A stretch of DNA of 64,000 nt from an uncultured Bacteroidales bacterium (GTDB lineage: Bacteria > Bacteroidota > Bacteroidia > Bacteroidales > S143-33), in assembly GCA_964649975.1 (NCBI GenBank), contig CAZYSM010000001.1, positions 2,987-66,986 of the forward strand. Direction: 5' to 3'. Positions 10,121 through 19,264 of this stretch are shown piece by piece (position 1 is the first letter of the stretch; each line of letters begins with the position of its first letter). A program made the position numbers and the translations under genes. The notes beneath the pieces were generated by a model that was not told where the DNA came from, did no database searches, and was given only the letters and a program-made list of their open reading frames with translations.

Positions 10121-10154
10121 AGACCGCTCCGTGGTTCGGAGTGGTCTTTTTTTT
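10121..10154 (+). terminator. Rho-independent terminator after gdhA
   Basis: Stem agaccgctccg pairs with cggagtggtct (one G-U pair), followed by a T8 run. Confidence 0.8.
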
Positions 10155-10196
10155 ATCTTTTATCAAAAAACTTTCAAACTATTAACGCAAAAGCAT

Positions 10197-10204
10197 TATC
10201 TTTG
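10197..10204 (+). promoter_or_regulatory. -7 promoter box TATCTTTG
   Basis: Perfect TAnnTTTG match, 28 nt upstream of the ATG at 10232. The ORF-track TTG start at 10202 is the TTG of this box. Confidence 0.6.
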
Positions 10205-10231
10205 ATTAAACAAAACACAAAACCTTACAAA

Positions 10232-10777
10232 ATGAAACGGTTTACTTTCCTGCTGATCCTCGTAGTTCTCATAGGAGGCTTTTCCTGCCACAATGACAAG
10301 AAAGCCAATACACAAAAACCAGAGGAATTTGTTTCCGAAAAATACGGTTTTGCCGTCAAATTTGCCCGTAAACCTACGAAACAAGAGTCTATTGTGCCAA
10401 CAAACATTGGTGACGTTAAAGCTGTAGCTTTTGGTGATGACCAGGGCACAGAGGCATATATTGTTTACGTGAACATCTACCCTCAGGACTATGCCAATCA
10501 GGTGAATGCCTCCCAGTCAATAAAAACCCAGGTAATGGAAACAGCAAAAAACCTGAAGCTTAACGTGATTGAAGAAAAAGAAAACAATTACGAAAATTAT
10601 CCCAGCTATTATGTTTATGGTCAGGATCCTGAGACAAAATTATATGCTCAGATACAAGGCATTGCCACGGGCAATAAAGTATATGTCATAGCAGCACTGG
10701 CCCAGGGAGACAATGCTGAAAATGTCCTTAACACAAAGGGTAACGAATTCCTTAATAGTTTCCGTCTGCTTAAATAA
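10232..10777 (+). CDS. Hypothetical lipoprotein
   Basis: Signal peptide plus lipobox (LIGGFSC). No recognisable domain. Confidence 0.55.
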   Translation: MKRFTFLLILVVLIGGFSCHNDKKANTQKPEEFVSEKYGFAVKFARKPTKQESIVPTNIGDVKAVAFGDDQGTEAYIVYVNIYPQDYANQVNASQSIKTQVMETAKNLKLNVIEEKENNYENYPSYYVYGQDPETKLYAQIQGIATGNKVYVIAALAQGDNAENVLNTKGNEFLNSFRLLK

Positions 10778-10787
10778 TCAACACAAG

Positions 10788-10819
10788 GGCCGTGTGTAAT
10801 ATCCTCCACGGCCTTTTTT
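10788..10819 (+). terminator. Rho-independent terminator
   Basis: Stem ggccgtg (10788-10794) pairs with cacggcc (10807-10813), followed by TTTTTT. Confidence 0.7.
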
Positions 10820-10877
10820 ATCATTTCCATCCCCATCTTTTACAAAAAGTTTAATTTACTTTCCCTTGTTTATTTTT

Positions 10878-10885
10878 TATCTTTG
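10878..10885 (+). promoter_or_regulatory. -7 promoter box TATCTTTG
   Basis: Perfect match, 23 nt upstream of the ATG at 10908. The TTG start at 10866 in the ORF track lies upstream of the box and is unlikely. Confidence 0.6.
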
Positions 10886-10907
10886 CACAAACCTCATTTC
10901 AAACACT

Positions 10908-11714
10908 ATGAAACTCAAATTAAAAAGACCTATTGCTTTTTTTGACCTTGAAACAACAGGCACCAATGTTAGTAAAGACCGTATCATCCAGATATACATC
11001 CTCAAAGTCCATCCCAATGGCAAGGAAGAAGGCCTTGGTTATCTGGTCAACCCACAACAGCCTATAAGCAAAGAAGTTACACAACTCACAGGTATTAGCG
11101 ACGAAGATGTACAGGATAAACCAACTTTTAAAGAAATTGCCCAGGAAATTTATGAGTTTATCAAGGATTGCGACCTTGCAGGCTTTAATTCCAATCGTTT
11201 TGATATTCCTCTATTGACAGAGGAATTTCTGCGTGCAGGGATAGATTTTGACCCGTCCACACGTAAAATGGTGGATGTACAGGTAATTTTCCACAAAATG
11301 GAAAAACGCGACCTCTCAGCAGCATATAAATTCTATTGCGGGAAAGACCTGGAAAACGCCCATAGTGCCGAAGCAGACACACGTGCCACCTACGAAATTT
11401 TGAAGAAACAACTGGAGAAATATGCTGATAAGCTGGAAAACGACATAGACAAACTGGCCGAATTTTCCACCTACGATAATATGGGACAAAAAGCTGACCT
11501 GGCAGGCTATATTGTTTATAACGATAAAAAAGAACCAGTAATTAACTTCGGTAAATTTAAAGGTCAGCGTGTTACCGACGTGCTCAAAAAAGAACCAGGA
11601 TATTTTGACTGGATAATGAAAAGCGATTTTCCTCTTTACACCAAGAAAGTTTTTGAAACTATCAAACTATCAATGAAATTTGATAACATCAAACTGGGAA
11701 AAAGAAAAATCTAA
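10908..11714 (+). CDS. DEDDh 3'-5' exonuclease (DnaQ/epsilon-like) with C-terminal extension
   Basis: Exo I motif FFDLETTG, Exo II motif GFNSNRFDIPLL and Exo III motif HSAEADTRAT. Confidence 0.8.
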   Translation: MKLKLKRPIAFFDLETTGTNVSKDRIIQIYILKVHPNGKEEGLGYLVNPQQPISKEVTQLTGISDEDVQDKPTFKEIAQEIYEFIKDCDLAGFNSNRFDIPLLTEEFLRAGIDFDPSTRKMVDVQVIFHKMEKRDLSAAYKFYCGKDLENAHSAEADTRATYEILKKQLEKYADKLENDIDKLAEFSTYDNMGQKADLAGYIVYNDKKEPVINFGKFKGQRVTDVLKKEPGYFDWIMKSDFPLYTKKVFETIKLSMKFDNIKLGKRKI

Positions 11715-11725
11715 AAAATAATTCT

Positions 11726-11733
11726 TACCTTTG
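11726..11733 (+). promoter_or_regulatory. -7 promoter box TACCTTTG upstream of ffh
   Basis: Perfect match, 30 nt upstream of the ATG at 11763. Confidence 0.6.
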
Positions 11734-11762
11734 CACAATCTCAAAAATAAAAGTTTTGAAAT

Positions 11763-13127
11763 ATGTTTGAGAATCTACAGGATAGGTTAGACCAAGCGTT
11801 TAAAGTCTTCACGGGACAGCATAAAATTTCGGAAATCAACGTTGCCGAAGCAATAAAAGAAATCCGCCGTGCACTGGTAGATGCGGACGTTCATTACAAA
11901 ATAGCCAAAGAATTTACCAATAAAGTCAAGGAAAAAGCACTTGGCCAGGATGTTATCCGTTCGGTCAATCCCCGCCAGATGATGGTAAAAATTGTTTATG
12001 ACGAACTCATTGACCTTATGGGCGGGGAAAAAGCTGAGGTCAATCTCAGCGGCGATCCGGCAGTGATATTACTTTCTGGTTTACAGGGTTCTGGTAAAAC
12101 TACCTTTGCTGCCAAACTGGCTAATTTCCTGCGGAAAAAGAAAAACCGTAAGCCTTTGCTGGTAGCCTGTGACGTATATCGTCCTGCTGCTATAGAACAG
12201 TTGAAGGTGCTGGGAGAACAGATTGATGTGCCAGTATATAGCGAAGAAGGTAATCAGAATCCGGTACAGATAGCCCGTAATGCCATTAAATATGCCAAAG
12301 AAAACGGCCTGGATACTGTTATCATAGACACAGCCGGTCGTCTATCCATTGACGAGCAGATGATGAAAGAAATTTCGGAAATCAAAAAAGCCATCAATCC
12401 TTCGGAAACCCTGTTCGTTGTGGACGCAATGACCGGTCAGGATGCTGTTAATACAGCAAAGGAATTCAATGAAGTACTGGATTTTGACGGAGTAGTTTTA
12501 ACAAAACTTGACGGTGATACCCGTGGCGGTGCTGCCCTGACAATCAAATATGTTGTACAAAAACCTATTAAATTCATTGGTACTGGCGAAAAAGTTGATG
12601 CAATAGACTATTTCTACCCCGACCGTATGGCCGACCGTATCCTGGGTATGGGTGACATCAAAACCCTTGTGGAAAAAGCCCAGGAACAAATTGACCAGGA
12701 AGAAGCCCGCCGTCTGCAGAAAAAAATCCGCCAGGAAAAATTTGACTTTGAAGATTTCCTCAAGCAGATACATCAGATAAAGAAAATGGGAAACCTCAAA
12801 GACCTCATTAGTATGATACCTGGCCTGGGCAAGCAAGTGAAAGACCTGGATATTGACGACGATTCGCTCAAGCATATTGAAGCCATTATTTTGTCAATGA
12901 CCCCAGAAGAACGCCATAATCCAACACTGCTTAACGGAAGCCGTAAGAAAAGAATTGCACAGGGTAGCGGAACTTCGGTACAGGAAGTTAACAATCTGAT
13001 AAAACAATTCATGGAAATGCGCAAAATGATGCGCATGGTAACAGGCGGGGCACGTCCTACTGCGAAAGCCACTGCTACCCTACCAGCTGTTCACAAAAAG
13101 AAAAAGAAGAAAAAGAAACGTAGATAA
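11763..13127 (+). CDS. ffh: Signal recognition particle protein Ffh
   Basis: NG domain with GLQGSGKTT, DTAGR and TKLDGD motifs. Has a Met-rich M domain and a K8RR C-terminal tail. Confidence 0.95.
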   Translation: MFENLQDRLDQAFKVFTGQHKISEINVAEAIKEIRRALVDADVHYKIAKEFTNKVKEKALGQDVIRSVNPRQMMVKIVYDELIDLMGGEKAEVNLSGDPAVILLSGLQGSGKTTFAAKLANFLRKKKNRKPLLVACDVYRPAAIEQLKVLGEQIDVPVYSEEGNQNPVQIARNAIKYAKENGLDTVIIDTAGRLSIDEQMMKEISEIKKAINPSETLFVVDAMTGQDAVNTAKEFNEVLDFDGVVLTKLDGDTRGGAALTIKYVVQKPIKFIGTGEKVDAIDYFYPDRMADRILGMGDIKTLVEKAQEQIDQEEARRLQKKIRQEKFDFEDFLKQIHQIKKMGNLKDLISMIPGLGKQVKDLDIDDDSLKHIEAIILSMTPEERHNPTLLNGSRKKRIAQGSGTSVQEVNNLIKQFMEMRKMMRMVTGGARPTAKATATLPAVHKKKKKKKKRR

Positions 13128-13128
13128 T

Positions 13129-13156
13129 AAAAAAGGAGCCATTAGGCTCCTTTTTT
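13129..13156. terminator. Bidirectional hairpin terminator between convergent ffh and the DUF975 gene
   Basis: A6, then ggagcc/atta/ggctcc, then T6. Confidence 0.7.
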
Positions 13157-13159
13157 ATT

Positions 13160-13924
13160 TTACTCACCCTCGTTCAGATAAACACTGTTAATTTGAGGAT
13201 TATCAGTTTCCACACGTCCGTAACTATCAATCATCTGCGCGTACTCAGGATAAAGCTTTTTTAATTCCAGATAAAAATGAGATATAGAAGTACTAAAAAA
13301 TGGTGCAACCCACAATAATGCTATACCAAGAGTAATTATTGACAACAAAAACCAGAGGATAAAACTGAGTAGCAATACAATATAATCCCAGATATGGTGT
13401 TTCATCATTTTCCAGCTTATTTCAAGGGCTTTATCCGCTGGCACTCCCGGATTATCCGCTACAATATAAAACATAAAAGCCAGGCGTATTCCTACATAAA
13501 ACGGTATTAAATAAAGGATTAACAAAGTGATGATAAAACCTATAATTTTCCCGGCAGAAATCATATCCGCATCAAGAGCAGCAGAATTACTCAACCCCCA
13601 TATCAAAATGTATAATATCAGAGGCACAACAGACAAAAGAATAACTATAAGATTCAAGAAATAAGTCAGTAAAGCATTACCATAGAAATTAAAAGGCTTG
13701 AAAATGTCTCCAACAGTTACCTCTTTCCCCTGGGCCAAAAACAGAAAATACAAAACAATTCCTATTGTCAAAGGTCCACCAATGAAAATATTGCCCAGAG
13801 GTATCAATGATGCAGCAGTTTTGACTAAAACATAAACCAAAAAAGCACCAATTGCATTACCCAATTTTCCTCTAAGAGAAACTTTTGCCTGAGATTTGAT
13901 TTGACTAATATTAACCATAAGCAA
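13160..13924 (-). CDS. DUF975-family integral membrane protein
   Basis: N-terminus ...AKVSLRGKLGNAIGAFLVY... followed by several TM helices, the typical DUF975 layout. Confidence 0.65.
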   Translation of the reverse strand: MLMVNISQIKSQAKVSLRGKLGNAIGAFLVYVLVKTAASLIPLGNIFIGGPLTIGIVLYFLFLAQGKEVTVGDIFKPFNFYGNALLTYFLNLIVILLSVVPLILYILIWGLSNSAALDADMISAGKIIGFIITLLILYLIPFYVGIRLAFMFYIVADNPGVPADKALEISWKMMKHHIWDYIVLLLSFILWFLLSIITLGIALLWVAPFFSTSISHFYLELKKLYPEYAQMIDSYGRVETDNPQINSVYLNEGE

Positions 13925-13949
13925 AAAATTTTTTCATAAAGATAAAAAA

Positions 13950-16900
13950 TTATCCAGACATTATCTCAATTCTACTAAATCCTTGTCCCTGACGGATAAG
14001 TTGAATCTTAACCGGTATGCGTTCCTTGAGCGCCTCCACGTGAGAAATTATACCTATTTTACGTTTGCTCTGAGAATGGAAACGATCCAAAACTGATAAT
14101 GCCTGATCAAGAGTATTGCTGTCCAGACTACCAAAACCCTCGTCAATAAAAATATTTTCTATTTTCACCTTACGGCTGGCCAGGGCCGACAGTCCAAGCG
14201 CCAGAGAAAGACTCACCAGGAAACTTTCGCCTCCGCTCAAAGTGCTCACTTCACGCCTCATTCCGCCCATATAATTATCCTCCACGTAAAAGTCATATTT
14301 TAATTTTTTACCTCCGCTTTTCTCGTAAATCAAAGAATACCTGTCGGTAAATCTGGTCAAATATTCATTAGCTGCATCCAGCAGCACCAAAAAGCTATAT
14401 TCCTGAGCAATACGCTGAAACTTAGATCCATCAGCATTACCTATCAAATTTTCAAGTCTCTGCCAGCGCTGGTATTCCTGATTAAGCTTTTCTATCTCTG
14501 CGGAAAGATTCTCATAATGAACTTTATTCTTTTCATTCTGTTCCAATTTCTGCCTTAGTTGTCCAAGATTTTGATTTATCTCATCCCTCCTGGCTGATAG
14601 CTGATTTATCATTTGTTCCAGCTGTTCCATTGAAATATCTGTATTGTCCTTTTCTATTAATTCATTTAATTTTTCCTGCCGTTCCTTTATTGCAGAATTC
14701 AGTTTTATTCTCATTGCACTTAAAGTCTCCTTTTTCTGGCGTATTTGCCGGGATCGCATCTCATCCAATATATTTTTCCAGGCATCATCAATGTCCTGCA
14801 AACTATTGTCAAGCCTCTGTAAAACAGGTAATAAGTCCGTCCTTGTTTTACTGACATATTCCGAAACTGTATTAAACAAATCTTGCTTATCCTTGAGTTG
14901 TTTTTGTTTCTCTGCTATGCTGACCAGTTTTTTCTCCAGTTCCTGGTTGAGTTTTCCTAACTCTTCATCAATAGTACGTTTTTCCTCCCACAGGCTATCC
15001 CAGAAAGCATTTATATCATCTCCGGAAAACAATTCAGAACGCTTATTCTGCAATTTATGCAATTCTCCTTCAGCCTGTTTTAATTCGTTTTCAATAATTT
15101 GCATTGACTTTTTCAAATCATTTATCAGGTCAGACAAACTTTTTCTGTTAGATTTAAGCACTTCCAGATTTTTATCTGTCTCAATTTTATATTTTTCCGC
15201 TTTTTCATAATCCGCCAGACGGCTACGGAGTGTTTTAAGTGCTTCTGCCACTTTTGCCTTTTCCGGATAGTAAGCCTTATACACCTCTACCCTTTTTGTA
15301 AGCGTATTTCTAAGGTCAAGTAAATCAATTAAATCCTGATACAGGTTCTCAAGGACGTTAAGTTTACTCTCCATAGATGAATACCGGTTAAATATGCTAA
15401 TCTTGCGGTCGTTCTCTTTAATATCCTTGTTAACCTGGTCAATCAATAACTTTACAGCTTCAGTATTTAAATCCTCGGATATGTTCAACCTATCTGTAAT
15501 TTCTTTAATAATTCCCCTGGCAGCTGTAGCTTTATCTGTCAGGTCCTTGTGCTGCCGCATAATTTCCTGTTTTATTCCTTCAAGCTTACTCAGCTGAGCC
15601 TGCAAGCGGGATTTTTCCTCATTGACGTTCTCTATTTTTCTTTGTATTTCCTCTAACTTCTGCTTAAAATCTTCCAGATGTATTTCCACCTTGTCCTCAA
15701 CATAAGGATGGTGCACAGAACCACAAACAGGACAGGGTTTACCCTCTTCCAATTGTTCCCGCATCCTGGAAAAAATTTCCAGTTCTTTCTGCTTATCCGC
15801 CTGTGCTGCCAGCTGCTTTTCCTCATTGTGCAACTCATCCAAAAGCTTTTCAAGCTTAATTTTTTGATCCATAAACTCCGCTTCCTTCTCCTGCACATCT
15901 TCCAGGTCTTTATTCAACTTTTCTATTTCCTTGTGCATCTCATCAAGTGCTTCAAGCTTCACAGCAAGGTCTTTCAATAAATCAGCCTTTTCTTTAAGTT
16001 TTTCCCCACGGGATTTTAACTCTTCTTCGCTAATACCATCTAACACTTCCCTATCCTTGTTTAATTCCTGTTTTAGCTGGGATATTCCCATTTCCAAGTC
16101 CCGCTGTAATTTATCCAGATTTCGCACGTCAACATCCATCCCTGCACGTTCTACATTGTCCTGCAAGCGCTTAAAAACTGCAGCCGATTGTTTCAATGTC
16201 TCTTCAAGGCTGGTAATCTCTTCTTTCAAATCCAATAGCAATATATTATCTTTCAGCCACTTATCCAGATCAGCCTGCTTCTTAGTAAAATCCTTAATTT
16301 TTAATTCTAGCTGTTCCAATTCCTGTTTTTTATTCAGAATTTTTTTTCTGTAATCTTTAATTTGTGAATTCTTTTCCTTAATAAGCGAAATTAATTTTTG
16401 TATTTCTGTATCCAGCTGTCTTACCTGTTTAACTACTGGTTCATAAAATTTGATTTTATCATCAGATTTCTGCTGTTGCTGTTTTTTTACCTGCAAACGC
16501 TGTTTCAACTCGTCCACATAAGCGTTTAACTCATCAATATCTTTGTTCAATTTCTCAATATCCCTTTCCAGGCGCTGCATTTCTTCCTTTTTGATTGAAT
16601 ACTCTTTAATTTTGTCTTTATATTGAGAGAATTTTTCGTGCTTATCCAGGAGGTCAAAGTCTGATTTCAACCCATTCCATTGTAAATCAACGCCTTTTAA
16701 TTGCTTAATATAATTTTCCAACTCAGCTTTAATATCAGCTATCTGCTGTTTGACTTTTCTTTTAGCCTCCAGTGTATCAAGTTCTTTTCCAATACTTTTC
16801 AGCTGTATAGAATAATTTTTAATCTGATTTTCAATGTCTTTAATCTCCGTTTCATCCAGCAATGAAATTGCATCCCGCTCGGCCTTTTTTACAGCCAGCT

Positions 16901-17468
16901 GGTTTTCTTTTTCCTTGGCAATATTAAATGCCAGGCGGCCTAAATCCCTGAAAACCTCGCCACCTGTTATTTTTTCCAGAATTTGAATTTTCTGGTCACT
17001 ATCAGCTTTGAGAAAATTTGCAAACTCCCCCTGCGGCAACACCACGGCACGAATAAACTGGTCATAAGTCAGGCCAATAACCTCTGCATTACGTTCAGGC
17101 ACATCCTTATCGGCAACAGCCTGACCATCAACGAAAAAATACATTTTCTTCTCCCTGTGGAATTTCCACAAGCTCTGATAAATTTTTCCATCCACCTCAT
17201 AAGTTATTTCGGCATAAGCATCTTTTTGACCCCGAGTTACCACTGCCCCATCCTTGCTAATCATAGGGGCAGTAAGCTTATTTCCCAAACGGGAAATCTT
17301 ACCGTAAAGAGCCAAGGTAATGACATCCAGAATAGTTGTTTTGCCGCTGCCAGTAGGCCCGACGATAGCAAAAATACCTGTTTCTGCCAGAGGACTTATG
17401 GTAAAATCTATCTCATGTTCACCTTTAAGGGAATGTATATTACTGAATTTCAACCTTAAAATTTTCAT
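13950..17468 (-). CDS. sbcC: SbcC/Rad50-family ATPase (exonuclease SbcCD subunit C)
   Basis: N-terminal Walker A (GPTGSGKTT), about 900 aa of coiled coil with a central zinc hook (CPVCG), and a C-terminal signature LSGGE plus Walker B (IFIDEGFG). Confidence 0.85.
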   Translation of the reverse strand: MKILRLKFSNIHSLKGEHEIDFTISPLAETGIFAIVGPTGSGKTTILDVITLALYGKISRLGNKLTAPMISKDGAVVTRGQKDAYAEITYEVDGKIYQSLWKFHREKKMYFFVDGQAVADKDVPERNAEVIGLTYDQFIRAVVLPQGEFANFLKADSDQKIQILEKITGGEVFRDLGRLAFNIAKEKENQLAVKKAERDAISLLDETEIKDIENQIKNYSIQLKSIGKELDTLEAKRKVKQQIADIKAELENYIKQLKGVDLQWNGLKSDFDLLDKHEKFSQYKDKIKEYSIKKEEMQRLERDIEKLNKDIDELNAYVDELKQRLQVKKQQQQKSDDKIKFYEPVVKQVRQLDTEIQKLISLIKEKNSQIKDYRKKILNKKQELEQLELKIKDFTKKQADLDKWLKDNILLLDLKEEITSLEETLKQSAAVFKRLQDNVERAGMDVDVRNLDKLQRDLEMGISQLKQELNKDREVLDGISEEELKSRGEKLKEKADLLKDLAVKLEALDEMHKEIEKLNKDLEDVQEKEAEFMDQKIKLEKLLDELHNEEKQLAAQADKQKELEIFSRMREQLEEGKPCPVCGSVHHPYVEDKVEIHLEDFKQKLEEIQRKIENVNEEKSRLQAQLSKLEGIKQEIMRQHKDLTDKATAARGIIKEITDRLNISEDLNTEAVKLLIDQVNKDIKENDRKISIFNRYSSMESKLNVLENLYQDLIDLLDLRNTLTKRVEVYKAYYPEKAKVAEALKTLRSRLADYEKAEKYKIETDKNLEVLKSNRKSLSDLINDLKKSMQIIENELKQAEGELHKLQNKRSELFSGDDINAFWDSLWEEKRTIDEELGKLNQELEKKLVSIAEKQKQLKDKQDLFNTVSEYVSKTRTDLLPVLQRLDNSLQDIDDAWKNILDEMRSRQIRQKKETLSAMRIKLNSAIKERQEKLNELIEKDNTDISMEQLEQMINQLSARRDEINQNLGQLRQKLEQNEKNKVHYENLSAEIEKLNQEYQRWQRLENLIGNADGSKFQRIAQEYSFLVLLDAANEYLTRFTDRYSLIYEKSGGKKLKYDFYVEDNYMGGMRREVSTLSGGESFLVSLSLALGLSALASRKVKIENIFIDEGFGSLDSNTLDQALSVLDRFHSQSKRKIGIISHVEALKERIPVKIQLIRQGQGFSRIEIMSG

Positions 17469-17493
17469 TTTCCTGAATAATGTTTTTTTATTT

Positions 17494-17501
17494 TACTTTT
17501 G
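17494..17501 (+). promoter_or_regulatory. -7 promoter box TACTTTTG upstream of pgeF
   Basis: Perfect match, 34 nt upstream of the ATG at 17535. The ORF-track TTG start at 17499 is the TTG of the box. Confidence 0.6.
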
Positions 17502-17534
17502 AAAATAGAAATTTTAAGAATATTCGGAAAACAA

Positions 17535-18320
17535 ATGATTGAAATAATACAATCTGGTTTATTGAGCGGATTTGAGGAAATCAGGCATTTTTTCTCCACA
17601 CGGCGTGGTGGCTACAGCAAGCCGCCTTTTCACTGGGCCAATATGAGCCTCAAAGCTGGTGACCCATGGGCACTGCGCAACCGTATCCAGCTATCGGAAA
17701 TTTTACATCTTCCTCTGGAAAGATTTATCTTCCTCAAACAAACACACGGAAACAATATCCATACAGCCACCGAAGCCGATGCTGGCAAAGGATCCTTCAC
17801 CTACAACAGTGCCCTGGACAATACCGATGCACTCATCACTGACCAGCCTTGCCTGATGCTGACCATAACAACTGCCGACTGTGTGCCAATACTCGTTTTT
17901 GACAAAAAGAATAAAATTATTGCTGCTGTCCATGCCGGATGGCGAGGAACAGCCAAAAGAATAACAGCTCTGACCATAGAAAAACTTATAAACGAATATG
18001 GGGCAAAACCGCAAAATATCTTTGCAGCAATAGGCCCAAGTATCGGACAATGCTGCTACGAAGTTGGCCATGACGTATTAACCGCTTTCACAAAAGAACA
18101 AGGACAAGAGGCAGAAAAATTCTTCTCTCCCAAAGGACAAAAACTAATGCTTGATCTGTGGCAGGCTAACAAACAGCAGCTATTGTCCCTGGGCATCCCT
18201 GAAAAAAACATTGACCTCATCGGAATATGCACCTCATGCCATAACGAAAGCTTTTACAGTGCACGGCGCGGTGACAAAGGACGCCAAATCGCTGGAATAA
18301 TGCTAAAAAAACATCAATGA
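17535..18320 (+). CDS. pgeF: Peptidoglycan editing factor PgeF (YfiH/DUF152 laccase-domain protein)
   Basis: Motifs TADCVPIL, HAGWRGT and GPSIGQCCYEVG. Confidence 0.85.
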   Translation: MIEIIQSGLLSGFEEIRHFFSTRRGGYSKPPFHWANMSLKAGDPWALRNRIQLSEILHLPLERFIFLKQTHGNNIHTATEADAGKGSFTYNSALDNTDALITDQPCLMLTITTADCVPILVFDKKNKIIAAVHAGWRGTAKRITALTIEKLINEYGAKPQNIFAAIGPSIGQCCYEVGHDVLTAFTKEQGQEAEKFFSPKGQKLMLDLWQANKQQLLSLGIPEKNIDLIGICTSCHNESFYSARRGDKGRQIAGIMLKKHQ

Positions 18321-19264
18321 TAGACTACCAGCAAATATGGAACCAGGAAATACACTCTTTCAGTGCATACCTGAAACTGGAACGCAACCTCTCGGACTAT
18401 TCCGTGGAAGCATACCGTAATGACATTCAAAAACTCCAGGAATTCCTGCTTGACATTAAACAAATCCAACGCCTGCCTTACAATGTAAAGAGCAAAGATA
18501 TACAGGATTTCATGGCCTATCTTTACGAAATAGGCATAAATGCACGTTCGCAAGCACGAATCCTCTCCGGGATAAAAGCTTTTTTCAAATACCTGCTTCA
18601 AAACGAAGCTATCAGTTCCAATCCGGCCAGTATGATTGCCACACCAAAATTTACCCGCCACCTGCCCGAAGTATTAAGCGTGGAAGAAATAGACAAAATG
18701 ATAGATGCCATAGACCTATCCAAAAAGGAAGGGCAACGCAACCGGGCAATTATAGAAACATTATATAGCTGCGGATTGCGTGTATCCGAGCTGGTAAACC
18801 TGCGTCTGTCCAACCTCTTTTTCCCGGAAGGTTTTATCAAAGTCACAGGTAAGGGCAACCGCCAACGTCTTGTTCCCATCAGCCAACGCGCCATAGCGGA
18901 AATTACCCTTTACCTTGAAGGATACAGAAACAATATGCCAATAGACCCGGAATGCTCGGATATAGTATTCCTCAACCGTCGTGGATGCAAACTTACACGC
19001 AATATGGTTTTCCTTATTATCAAGGATGCAGCAAAAAGAGCCGGGATAAAAAAAAATATAAGTCCGCACACGCTACGTCATTCTTTCGCAACACATCTTA
19101 TTGACGGCGGTGCGGACTTACGGTCTGTTCAACAAATGCTCGGTCATCAATCAATACTCACTACCGAGATTTACACGCATATAAGCAAGGAACATCTACG
19201 GGAAACCCTGCTGTTATATCACCCTCATTCTCCAGCCAATAGGCAGAGAAAAAGGAATGATTAG
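18317..19264 (+). CDS. xerD: Site-specific tyrosine recombinase XerD
   Basis: Catalytic residues lie in ...GLRVSEL..., [11 protein letters not shown] and ...[14 protein letters not shown]. The ATGA overlaps the pgeF stop. Confidence 0.8.
   Translation: MIDYQQIWNQEIHSFSAYLKLERNLSDYSVEAYRNDIQKLQEFLLDIKQIQRLPYNVKSKDIQDFMAYLYEIGINARSQARILSGIKAFFKYLLQNEAISSNPASMIATPKFTRHLPEVLSVEEIDKMIDAIDLSKKEGQRNRAIIETLYSCGLRVSELVNLRLSNLFFPEGFIKVTGKGNRQRLVPISQRAIAEITLYLEGYRNNMPIDPECSDIVFLNRRGCKLTRNMVFLIIKDAAKRAGIKKNISPHTLRHSFATHLIDGGADLRSVQQMLGHQSILTTEIYTHISKEHLRETLLLYHPHSPANRQRKRND

Noticed and set aside
14630-16353. Several plus-strand ORFs of 67-188 aa (Ser/Phe/Leu-rich) inside sbcC.
   Set aside because: They are the complement of the Lys/Glu/Leu-rich coiled-coil codons of sbcC (AAA/GAA read as TTT/TTC). 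They lack promoter boxes and have no domain content.
18317-19264. Tyrosine recombinase as a possible marker of an integrative mobile element.
   Set aside because: It is translationally coupled to pgeF (ATGA). It has the XerD-type catalytic motif set. It is flanked only by housekeeping genes (sbcC, rho). There is no adjacent tRNA target, no visible direct repeats, and no excisionase or cargo genes.
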